A program made the position numbers and the translations under genes. From an uncultured Candidatus Rokubacteria bacterium (lineage in GTDB: Bacteria > Methylomirabilota > Methylomirabilia > Rokubacteriales > DASRDR01), in assembly GCA_963708025.1 (NCBI GenBank), contig CAVPSB010000010.1, forward strand, positions 128,001 to 192,000: a DNA stretch of 64,000 nucleotides, in the 5' to 3' direction. Under the pieces are notes generated by a model. The model worked only from the letters and a program-made list of their open reading frames with translations. It did no database searches and had not been told where the DNA came from. Shown here piece after piece: positions 1 to 8,230 of the stretch (within the stretch, counting starts at the first letter, position 1; each line of letters begins with the position of its first letter).

Positions 1-231
1 CGCATCGAGGCGCTCCTCCACCGGCTCGGCGCGCTGCCCCTGGCCGAGCGCGCGCGGTTGCCCGGGCTCGAGCCGGGCCGGGCCGACCTGATCATCCCGG
101 GGATCGCGGTGACGCTCGGCGTCCTGGCCGGTCTGGATCTTCCGGAACTGCTCGTCTCCGACAGCGGGCTTCGCGAGGGGATCCTCCTCGACGCCGTCGG
201 CTGGGCGCCGCCCGACAGCGGCGCGCCTTGA
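1..231 (+). CDS. Ppx/GppA family phosphatase, C-terminal part (5' end outside the window)
   Basis: Frame 1 read by hand: ...LPGLEPGRADLIIPG...VSDSGLREGILL..., typical Ppx/GppA C-terminal motifs; TGA at 229-231. Confidence 0.85.
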   Translation, partial: RIEALLHRLGALPLAERARLPGLEPGRADLIIPGIAVTLGVLAGLDLPELLVSDSGLREGILLDAVGWAPPDSGAP

Positions 232-308
232 TTGCCGCCGCCCGCCGCCCTCTGCTAGACTGAGCGCATTCGTCGTCGCGCTGCCCGCAACCCCGACGGG
301 ACGAGGTC

Positions 309-1247
309 GTGCTCCGGAACCTGCTCCTCCATCTCTCCACGAAGCCGGCGATCGGCCGGACCCTCGACCGGTTCCCCGCGTCGCGCCGGGTCGTCCGGCG
401 GTTCGTGGCCGGGGAGCGGATCGAGGACGCGCTGCCCGTGCTGGCCCGCCTGAACGACGACAGGTTCGAGTCGGCGGTGACGTACCTCGGCGAGAACGTC
501 GCCACCACCAAGGCGGCCCGCGCCGCCGCCGACACGTACTGCACGCTCCTGGACGCCCTTCATCGTCTGAACCTGCGGACCACGCCGTCTCTCAAGCTGA
601 CGCACCTCGGGCTCGACCTGGGCGAGGAGGTGGCGTGGGAGAACGTGGAGCGCGTGCTGGACCGGGCGGGGCGCACTGTCATCTGGTTTGACATGGAAGG
701 TCGCGCCTACACCGATCGCACGCTGGCCTTCTACCGCCGTGCCCGCGCGCGCTGGCCGAACGTGGCGTGCGTGGTGCAGGCCTACCTCTACCGGACCGAG
801 GCGGACCTGAAGTCCCTCGTTGTTGGGGAAGGAGGCCCCGGGCACCCGCTGCGCGTCCGGCTCTGCAAGGGCGCCTACCAGGAGCCGCCGGCCATCGCCT
901 ATCCGGTGAAGGCCGACGTGGACCGGAACTACGCTCGTCTGGCCGGCCTGCTCCTCTCGCCGGCGGCCCAGCGCGCCGGCGTGTATCCGGCCTTCGCGAC
1001 CCACGACGAGCGGCTCATCCGGGTTCTGCTCGACAAGACCCGCGAGCTCGGCCTGCCACCGGACCGCTTCGAGTTCCAGATGCTCTACGGGATCCGGCCG
1101 GATCTTCACGCGATGCTGAAGGCGGCCGGGGTCCGCCTCCGCGTCCTGGTCCCGTTCGGCGAGGACTGGTACGGCTACTTCGTGCGACGGCTCGCCGAGC
1201 GGCCGGCCAACCTACTCTTCCTTGCTCGGAACCTCGGCCGCGGCTGA
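309..1247 (+). CDS. putB: Monofunctional proline dehydrogenase
   Basis: RRFVAGE, SLKLTHLGL, DME, QAYLYRT, RLCKGAY, ATHD, FQMLYGIR, YFVRRLAERPAN motifs. Confidence 0.92.
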   Translation: MLRNLLLHLSTKPAIGRTLDRFPASRRVVRRFVAGERIEDALPVLARLNDDRFESAVTYLGENVATTKAARAAADTYCTLLDALHRLNLRTTPSLKLTHLGLDLGEEVAWENVERVLDRAGRTVIWFDMEGRAYTDRTLAFYRRARARWPNVACVVQAYLYRTEADLKSLVVGEGGPGHPLRVRLCKGAYQEPPAIAYPVKADVDRNYARLAGLLLSPAAQRAGVYPAFATHDERLIRVLLDKTRELGLPPDRFEFQMLYGIRPDLHAMLKAAGVRLRVLVPFGEDWYGYFVRRLAERPANLLFLARNLGRG

Positions 1248-1341
1248 GAGCGTGTTGAAAGGAATGGGTCGTCCGACTCCCCCCTCCCCCCCCGGTGGGT
1301 GGGGGAGGGGGGCTGGGGGGGTGGGCGGGAGGTCCCGCCGA
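1248..1341 (+). repeat. Family B C-run/G-run palindromic element (diverged copy)
   Basis: cccctccccccccggtgggtgggggagggg...ggggggtggg closely matches the core of 19600-19707 and 60528-60677. Confidence 0.65.
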
Positions 1342-2601
1342 ATGGAGCTAACGCGCGAGGAGCAGACCTGGCTCGACGGGCGGGCCGGGGAGGCGACCCG
1401 GCTCGCCCTCGACCTCGTCGTCCGCATGGGCGACCTCTTCGGCGCGGAGCGACTGCTCCCGGTCAGCCAGGCGCACATCGACGCCTGCCTCTACACGAAC
1501 GACGCCGGGCTCGAGTTCGCCGAGCGGCTGGCCGCCCTCGGCGCCCGCGTGCGGGTGCCGACGACGCTCAACGTCACGGCCCGGGACATCCGGCGCTGGG
1601 AGGCCTTCCGGGTCCCGCCCGACTGGGCCGAGAAGAGCCGGCGACTGGAGGCCGCCTACCAGGCGCTCGGCTGCCTGCCGACCTGGACGTGCGCGCCCTA
1701 CGAGCAGGGGCTGGTGCCCCGCTTCGGCGAGCAGGTCGCGTGGGGCGAGTCCAATGCCGTCGCCTACGTCAACACGGTGATCGGGGCCCGGACGAACCGC
1801 TACGCGGACTTCCTCGACGTCGCGTGTGCGCTCACCGGACGGGCACCGGCCTTCGGGCTCCACCTGGACGGGCCGCGGCGCGGTCAGGTCCTGGTCGACC
1901 TCCGGGAACTGCCGGCCGCGCTCCGGGCCCACCCGAGCCTCTACCCGATCCTCGGCTACCACGTGGGCCCGTTGATCGGCGAGCAGATCCCCGTGCTCGA
2001 CGGCATTCCGCCGTCGGTGCGGGCCGTCGATCTCAAGGCCTTCTGCGCGGCGGCGGCCAGCTCCGGCGCCCTCGCCCTGGCGCACGTGGTGGGCGTGACG
2101 CCGGAGGCGCCCACCCGGGCCGCGGCCTTTCAGGGCCACGAGCCCGAGGAGACGCTGGCGGTCACGCGCGCCGACCTCCGCGCGACGCGAGCGCGGCTGG
2201 CGCCGGCGCCGGCCGACGGCGTCAACCTGGTGAAGCTCGGCTGCCCGCATCTCTCGCTGGCCGAGGCGGTGGAGATCGCCGAGCGCGTGGCCGGGCGCCG
2301 CGTGCGACCGGAGGTGGAGTTCTGGGTCTCGACGAACCGGGCGGTCGTCCACCACCTCACGGAGTCGGGGCACCTGGCGGCGCTCGAGGGCGCCGGCGTG
2401 CGGCTGCTCGCCGACACCTGTGCCATGACGACGCGGATCGACGGCTGGGGCTTCACCCACATGCTGACGAACTCGGGCAAGCAGGCCCACTACGCCGCGG
2501 CCACCGGTTTGGAGGTGACCGTGGCCTCGCTCGACGACTGCGTCGCCTATGCGCTCGGCGACGGGGCGGCCGAGGACGAGGAGGCGCGGTGGAGCGACTG
2601 A
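1342..2601 (+). CDS. Aconitase X catalytic (large) subunit, DUF521
   Basis: AHID, TTLN, WTCAPY, WGESNAV, GARTNR, GVTPEA, LGCPH, DTC motifs; start placed at ATG 1342 (MELTREE). Confidence 0.88.
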   Translation: MELTREEQTWLDGRAGEATRLALDLVVRMGDLFGAERLLPVSQAHIDACLYTNDAGLEFAERLAALGARVRVPTTLNVTARDIRRWEAFRVPPDWAEKSRRLEAAYQALGCLPTWTCAPYEQGLVPRFGEQVAWGESNAVAYVNTVIGARTNRYADFLDVACALTGRAPAFGLHLDGPRRGQVLVDLRELPAALRAHPSLYPILGYHVGPLIGEQIPVLDGIPPSVRAVDLKAFCAAAASSGALALAHVVGVTPEAPTRAAAFQGHEPEETLAVTRADLRATRARLAPAPADGVNLVKLGCPHLSLAEAVEIAERVAGRRVRPEVEFWVSTNRAVVHHLTESGHLAALEGAGVRLLADTCAMTTRIDGWGFTHMLTNSGKQAHYAAATGLEVTVASLDDCVAYALGDGAAEDEEARWSD

Positions 2602-3011
2602 AGGCCCGGCCGATCATTCCGGGGCGGGGCGAGGGCGCGGCGCTGGTCTCCGCCGAGGCGCTGTCGTTCTGGGGCGACGTGGACCCGTTGACGGGGCGCG
2701 TGACGAACCCGCGCCACTCCCTTCACGGGGAGCGGCTCGGGGGGCGGGTGCTCGTCTACCCGGCCGGCCGGGGCTCGTGCACGACGTCGAACATCCTCCT
2801 CGAGCTGATCCGCACGGGCCAGGCGCCGGCCGCCATCGTGACGCGATCGGTGGACCCGGTGCTGGCGGTCGGGCCGCTGGTCGGCGAGGCGCTGTACGGC
2901 CGGACCATCCCCATCGTCACGCTGGACGCCGAGGCGTTCGTGCGCATCCGGTCCGGAGACTGGCTGGTCGTGGACGCGGTCGCCGGCGAGATCACGCGGA
3001 GGGACGGATGA
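2589..3011 (+). CDS. Aconitase X swivel (small) subunit, DUF126
   Basis: GEGAALVS, LSFWGDVDP, GRVLVYP.GRGSCT; GTG start overlaps the large-subunit end. Confidence 0.88.
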   Translation: MERLKARPIIPGRGEGAALVSAEALSFWGDVDPLTGRVTNPRHSLHGERLGGRVLVYPAGRGSCTTSNILLELIRTGQAPAAIVTRSVDPVLAVGPLVGEALYGRTIPIVTLDAEAFVRIRSGDWLVVDAVAGEITRRDG

Positions 3012-3481
3012 GGTTCCCGCGCTGGCTCTCGCTGCTGAGCTCGGGCTGCTCCTGACGGCGTCTCCCTCGACCCCGCTCCTCGTCCCGCTGGGCGGAGGAG
3101 TCAGCTGCGGGATCTGGTGGATCGGATTCGGGGGCGGCGAGATCCCGTTCGACGACCGGGCCGACGAGCCTTCGAGGCCCTGACCGGGCGCGCGGCGAGC
3201 CGCACGCCCAGCTCCCGGACCAGCCGGGAAACGCGGGTGGTCCAAGCCCTATCTCCGTCTGACCCCGCAGCCGGGCCCGTAGGCGCCGGCAGGGAGGACG
3301 TGAGACCAGCGTGAGCTCGCACCCGGCCATGCGGCCACGGGGGCATGGCCGTCGCCGGTTTCCCCTGAGGCGCCAGGGCCGCCGGAGGGTCCCGGCGCGT
3401 CGAGGAGGGCGTCGTACCGGGCCGCGCCGGGCCGGGTGGGGCCCTGGTCCGCCCGACAGACACCACCCGGCCTGTCCCAAG

Positions 3482-3511
3482 TTGACAGTGCCCGGAGCGC
3501 TTGCGTATCAT
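3482..3511 (+). promoter_or_regulatory. Sigma70-type promoter of HNH-uvrB
   Basis: TTGACA (3482-3487), 18 bp, TATCAT (3506-3511). Confidence 0.65.
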
Positions 3512-3521
3512 TTTGGGCCAT

Positions 3522-4064
3522 ATGGACGAGGTTGCCGTATTGGTGCTCAATGGCGGCTTCGAGCCCCTCCACTTCACGAATGCCCGCCGCGCGATCACGC
3601 TCCTCTTGAGCGGGAAGGCCGAGAGCGTCGAGCCCTCCCCCCGGGTGGTCCGCTCGCCCTCGCGCGCCTTCCCGCTGCCGTCGGTGATCCGGCTGGCCAT
3701 CTACATCCGGAAGCCGTTCGTGGAGCGGGTGGCCTTCAACAAGAAGAACATCCTGCGCCGGGACCACTACACCTGCCAGTACTGCGGCCGGCGCGGGGAT
3801 CGGCTGACCGTGGACCACGTCGTGCCGCGCTCCAAGGGCGGCGACACCGCCTGGACAAACGTCGTGGCGGCCTGCCTCCGGTGCAACCTGGCCAAGGGCA
3901 ACCGGGCCCTGGACGAGGCGGGGATGACGCTCCTCCGGCCGCCGGCGCATCCCCAGTTCCTGTTCTCGATCCACCTGCTGCGCCACCCCCACGCGCCGCT
4001 CTTCTTCGACGCCTGGCGGAAATACCTGACCGCCGTGCCGACGGCCATCCCGTCGGGCGTCTGA
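3522..4064 (+). CDS. HNH endonuclease (McrA-like)
   Basis: [32 protein letters not shown]. Confidence 0.92.
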   Translation: MDEVAVLVLNGGFEPLHFTNARRAITLLLSGKAESVEPSPRVVRSPSRAFPLPSVIRLAIYIRKPFVERVAFNKKNILRRDHYTCQYCGRRGDRLTVDHVVPRSKGGDTAWTNVVAACLRCNLAKGNRALDEAGMTLLRPPAHPQFLFSIHLLRHPHAPLFFDAWRKYLTAVPTAIPSGV

Positions 4065-4095
4065 GTCGCCCCCTCCGGCAGCACGGGAGTTCCGG

Positions 4096-6084
4096 ATGCC
4101 CCCCTTCCGCCTGATCTCCGACTATTCGCCGACCGGCGACCAGCCGCGGGCCATCCGTGAGATGACGCGGTGGGTCACGGGCGGGCGGCCCGACGTCGTC
4201 CTCCTCGGCGTGACCGGCTCCGGCAAGACCTTCACGGTGGCCTCCGTCGTCGCCGAGGTCCAGCGGCCCACGCTGGTCATCTCGCCGAACAAGACGCTGG
4301 CCGCCCAGCTCTACGGCGAGTTCAAGGCCTTCTTCCCGGAGAACGCCGTCGAGTACTTCGTCTCCTACTACGACTACTACCAGCCCGAGGCCTACATCCC
4401 GCAGACCGACACCTACATCGAGAAGGACGCCCTCATCAACGACGAGATCGACCGGATGCGCCACTCGGCCACCAAGTCGCTCTTCGAGCGGCGAGACGTG
4501 GTGATCGTCGCCTCGGTCTCGTGCATCTACGGGCTGGGGTCGCCCGAGACCTACCACAGCATGCACCTGGCGCTCGCCGAGGGCGAGGAGCGGGAGCGGG
4601 ACGACATCCTGCGCCAGTTGGTGGCGCTCCAGTACGAGCGGAACGACTACGACTTCCACCGCGGGACGTTCCGGGTGCGGGGCGACGTCGTCGAGGTCTT
4701 CCCGGCCTCCGACGACTCGGTCGCGCTCCGGGTCGAGCTGTTCGGGGACACGGTGGAGGCGATCTACCAGATCGATCCCCTGAAGGGCCAGGCGCTGGGC
4801 CGGCCCGGCCAGGCCGCCATCTACCCGGCCAGCCACTACGTGACGCCGGCCGAGCAGCTCGAGCGGGCGGTCGAGTCGATCAAGGTCGAGCTGGGCGAGC
4901 GGCTCGCGTACTTCCGGGCGCAGGGAAAGCTGCTGGAGGCGCAGCGGCTGGAGCAGCGGACACTGTTCGACCTCGAGATGCTCCGCGAGATCGGCTACTG
5001 CCACGGCATCGAGAACTACTCCCGCCACCTGGCCGGGCGGCGGGCGGGGGAGACGCCGGCCACCCTGATGGACTACTTCCCCAAGGACACCCTGGTCGTG
5101 ATCGACGAGGGCCACGTGACGGTGCCGCAGCTCCGCGGCATGTATCACGGCGACCGATCGCGGAAGGAAACGCTGGTCGAGTACGGCTTCCGGCTGCCGT
5201 CGGCGTTCGACAACCGCCCGCTCACCTTCGAGGAGTTCACCCGGATAGCGAGTCAGGTCCTCTACGTCTCGGCCACCCCGGGGGAGTACGAGCTGGCCCG
5301 GAGCGACGGGGCGGTCGTCGAGCAGATCATCCGGCCCACCGGGCTCATGGACCCCGAGATCGCGGTGCGGCCGGCCGGCGAGCAGGTGGACGACCTGCTC
5401 CACGAGATCCGCCTGCGGGCCGAGCGCGAGGAGCGGGTCCTGGTGACGACCCTCACCAAGCGGATGGCCGAGGACCTGACCGAGTATTACTTACAAATGG
5501 GGCTCCGGGTCCGCTACCTCCACTCCGACATCGACACCCTGGAGCGGGTCGAGGTGATCCGGGACCTCCGGCTCGGCAAGTTCGACGCCCTCGTCGGGAT
5601 CAACCTCCTCCGGGAGGGGCTGGACCTGCCCGAGGTCTCGCTGGTCGCGATCCTCGACGCCGACAAGGAGGGCTACCTCCGCTCCGGCACCTCGCTCATC
5701 CAGACCTCCGGCCGGGCCGCCCGGAACGTCCGGGGTCAGGTCATCATGTACGCCGACAAGATGACCGACTCGATGCGCTTCGCCCTTTCCGAGACCGAGC
5801 GGCGGCGCCGGATCCAGCAGGCCTACAACGAGGAGCACGGGATCACCCCGGAGTCCATCCGGCGGTCGATCCGGGAGGTGCTCCGCTCAGTCGAGGAGCG
5901 CGACTACTTCACGGTCGAGGTCGCGAGGCCCGAGGACCGCTTCGAGTCGGCCGAGGAGCTGGAGGCCGCGATCAAGCGGCTGGAGATTGAGATGAAGGAC
6001 GCCGCCAAGCGGCTCGACTTCGAGCGGGCGGCCGAGCTGCGGGACCGCATCCGGACCCTTCGCAAGGTGGACCTGACGGTCTAG
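4096..6084 (+). CDS. uvrB: Excinuclease ABC subunit B
   Basis: [51 protein letters not shown]-terminal UVR domain. Confidence 0.98.
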   Translation: MPPFRLISDYSPTGDQPRAIREMTRWVTGGRPDVVLLGVTGSGKTFTVASVVAEVQRPTLVISPNKTLAAQLYGEFKAFFPENAVEYFVSYYDYYQPEAYIPQTDTYIEKDALINDEIDRMRHSATKSLFERRDVVIVASVSCIYGLGSPETYHSMHLALAEGEERERDDILRQLVALQYERNDYDFHRGTFRVRGDVVEVFPASDDSVALRVELFGDTVEAIYQIDPLKGQALGRPGQAAIYPASHYVTPAEQLERAVESIKVELGERLAYFRAQGKLLEAQRLEQRTLFDLEMLREIGYCHGIENYSRHLAGRRAGETPATLMDYFPKDTLVVIDEGHVTVPQLRGMYHGDRSRKETLVEYGFRLPSAFDNRPLTFEEFTRIASQVLYVSATPGEYELARSDGAVVEQIIRPTGLMDPEIAVRPAGEQVDDLLHEIRLRAEREERVLVTTLTKRMAEDLTEYYLQMGLRVRYLHSDIDTLERVEVIRDLRLGKFDALVGINLLREGLDLPEVSLVAILDADKEGYLRSGTSLIQTSGRAARNVRGQVIMYADKMTDSMRFALSETERRRRIQQAYNEEHGITPESIRRSIREVLRSVEERDYFTVEVARPEDRFESAEELEAAIKRLEIEMKDAAKRLDFERAAELRDRIRTLRKVDLTV

Positions 6085-6217
6085 CGGGCGGGGCCGATGA
6101 GCGTCGCATCGCGTCGTCCGTCCGACGGCCTTCGGCCTTTGGGCGCTGCTCGCTCCTCGGCCCCGCCCCCGAGAGCTTGACTCATCTACCATGACTTTGG
6201 CGCGTCACGGAACCTAG
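6085..6217 (+). repeat. Family A structured intergenic element, copy 1
   Basis: gggcggggccgatgagcg...cgctcctcggccccgccc outer stem; CTAG at 6081-6084 and 6214-6217. Confidence 0.9.
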
Positions 6218-6227
6218 GCCGGCGCGT

Positions 6228-6257
6228 TTGCCCCGCCGGCGCGCCGGGGCATAGAAT
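6228..6257 (+). promoter_or_regulatory. Promoter of uvrC, probably leaderless
   Basis: TTGCCC, 18 bp, TAGAAT ending 5 nt before GTG 6263; no Shine-Dalgarno. Confidence 0.55.
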
Positions 6258-6262
6258 CGGGC

Positions 6263-8143
6263 GTGGCCTCCGACGCGCTGACCGAGAAGCTCGAGCGCCT
6301 CCCCGACCGGTCCGGCGTCTACCTCTACAAGGACGCCAAGGGCCAGGTCATCTACGTAGGCAAGGCAGCATCGTTAAGGTCCAGGATTCGCTCGTATTTC
6401 CAGGCATCTCGAGCCCGCGACGCCAAGACCGACGCCCTGGTCGATCAGATCGCCGACCTCGAGTTCATCGTCACCGGCAACGAGCTGGAGGCGTTGATCC
6501 TCGAGTCGAACCTGGTCAAGCGCCACCGCCCGCGCTACAACATCATCCTCCGGGACGACAAGCACTACCCGTTCCTCAAGCTGACCACCAACGAGGAGTT
6601 CCCCCGACTGGTCGTCGCCCGGCGGATCGCCAAGGACGGCGCGACCTACTACGGGCCCTTCTACCCGGCGACCGCGCTCCGCGAGACGCTCCGGCTGGTG
6701 CGCCAGCTCCTGCCGCTGCGGACGTGCTCCATCAAGATCGACGGGACCGCCGAGCGGCCCTGCCTCCAGTACTACATCCACCGCTGCCACGCCCCGTGCA
6801 CGGGCTGGGAGACGCGGACGGGCTACGCCAAGACCGTCGAGGACGTCCAGGCGTTCCTGGAGGGCCGGGAGGACGACCTCGCCCGGCGGCTCACCCGGGA
6901 CATGGAGGCGGCGGCCGGCGAGGAGAAGTACGAGCGGGCGGCTATTCTACGAGACCAGATCCAGTCCCTCAACAAGGTCCGGGAGTCGCAGAAGATCATC
7001 TCGATCGAGCAGGAGGACCAGGATCTGATCGGGCTGGCCCGCCAGGGATCGGAGGCCTGCGTCCAGATCTTCTTCGTGCGCAAGGGCCGGCTCCTCGGCC
7101 GGGAGTCCTTCTTCTTCGACCGGCTGCTCGGCGCCTCCGACGGCGAGGTCCTGTCGGCGTTCGTCCGCCAGTTCTACGTGAAGAACGTCGCCCCGCCCCG
7201 GGAGATCCTGCTCTCTACCGACGTCCCCGAGGCGGAGCTGACCGCGGAGTGGCTCGGCCAGCGCCGCGGCGGGCGGGTGGAGCTGGCGGTGCCCCAGCGG
7301 GGCCGGAAGCGCGAGCTGGTGGCGATGGCGGAGGAGAACGCCGCCCTCGCGCTCCAGACGCACCTGCTCTCCCGGGACAGCCGGCGGCAGGTCGTCATGG
7401 AGGACCTCCAGCGGAGTCTCAACCTGCCCGGGCTGCCTCACCGGATCGAGGGGTTCGACATCTCGAACATCCAGGGTACGGAAGCGGTCGGCTCCATGGT
7501 GGTATGGGAGGCCGGCGGCATGAAGAAGGACGACTACAAGCGCTTCCGCATCCGGACCGTCCCCGGCGCCGACGACTACGCCATGATGGCCGAGGTGCTC
7601 CGCCGCCGGTACGGCAAGGCGCTGGAGGAAGGCGGCATGCTCCCTGACCTCGTGATGCTCGACGGGGGCCGCGGCCAGCTCAACGTGGGGCTGCGGGTGC
7701 TCGAGGAGCTGGGCCTGGATTTCGTGCCCATCGTGTCGCTGGCCAAGCGGGAGGAGGAGGTCTACCATCCGGAGAGCCTGCACCCGCTCGTGCTCGACCC
7801 GGCCTCGCCGGCGCTCCACACGCTCCAGAAGATCCGCGACGAGGCGCACCGGTTCGCCATCACCTACCACAAGAACCTCCGCCAGAAGCGGACGCTCACC
7901 TCGGTGCTGGACCAGATCCCCGGGATCGGGCCGACGCTCCGGACGAGCCTGCTCCGGCACCTCGGCTCGGCCCGCAAGGTGCGCGAGGCGTCGGTGGCCG
8001 AGCTGGCGGCGGTGCCGAAGATCACCCCGAAGCTCGCCCAGCGGATCCACGAGTTCTTTCACCCGAAGCTCGCCGAGACACCGGTCCAGGTCGAGGAGAC
8101 GACGGTGGGCCAGGAGCCGGCCACGTCGTCGTCCGAAACCTGA
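6263..8143 (+). CDS. uvrC: Excinuclease ABC subunit C
   Basis: GVYLYKD..G.VIYVGKA GIY-YIG domain, RIEGFDISN, DGGRGQL, RDEAHRFAI, HhH domain. Confidence 0.98.
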   Translation: MASDALTEKLERLPDRSGVYLYKDAKGQVIYVGKAASLRSRIRSYFQASRARDAKTDALVDQIADLEFIVTGNELEALILESNLVKRHRPRYNIILRDDKHYPFLKLTTNEEFPRLVVARRIAKDGATYYGPFYPATALRETLRLVRQLLPLRTCSIKIDGTAERPCLQYYIHRCHAPCTGWETRTGYAKTVEDVQAFLEGREDDLARRLTRDMEAAAGEEKYERAAILRDQIQSLNKVRESQKIISIEQEDQDLIGLARQGSEACVQIFFVRKGRLLGRESFFFDRLLGASDGEVLSAFVRQFYVKNVAPPREILLSTDVPEAELTAEWLGQRRGGRVELAVPQRGRKRELVAMAEENAALALQTHLLSRDSRRQVVMEDLQRSLNLPGLPHRIEGFDISNIQGTEAVGSMVVWEAGGMKKDDYKRFRIRTVPGADDYAMMAEVLRRRYGKALEEGGMLPDLVMLDGGRGQLNVGLRVLEELGLDFVPIVSLAKREEEVYHPESLHPLVLDPASPALHTLQKIRDEAHRFAITYHKNLRQKRTLTSVLDQIPGIGPTLRTSLLRHLGSARKVREASVAELAAVPKITPKLAQRIHEFFHPKLAETPVQVEETTVGQEPATSSSET

Positions 8144-8166
8144 CGCTCCGGAACGGCCCCCGAACC

Positions 8167-8195
8167 TTGCGTCGGGGCGCGATCTCTGCTAAAAA
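8167..8195 (+). promoter_or_regulatory. Promoter of leuS operon
   Basis: TTGCGT, 17 bp, TG-c-TAAAAT extended -10. Confidence 0.55.
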
Positions 8196-8230
8196 TCGAC
8201 GGGAATCCACCGAGGAGGTGCCCCCGGTCC

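Noticed and set aside
3522-4064. HNH nuclease as an IscB/homing mobiliser of the repeats
   Set aside because: Short stand-alone McrA-like HNH with no RuvC or PLMP features and no family A, B or C element flanking it
6127-6137. ggccttcggcc read as an RNA cUUCGg tetraloop terminator
   Set aside because: The tetraloop register leaves a C-C mismatch next to the closing pair; the 4-bp stem with a 3-nt loop fits better, and there is no U-tract
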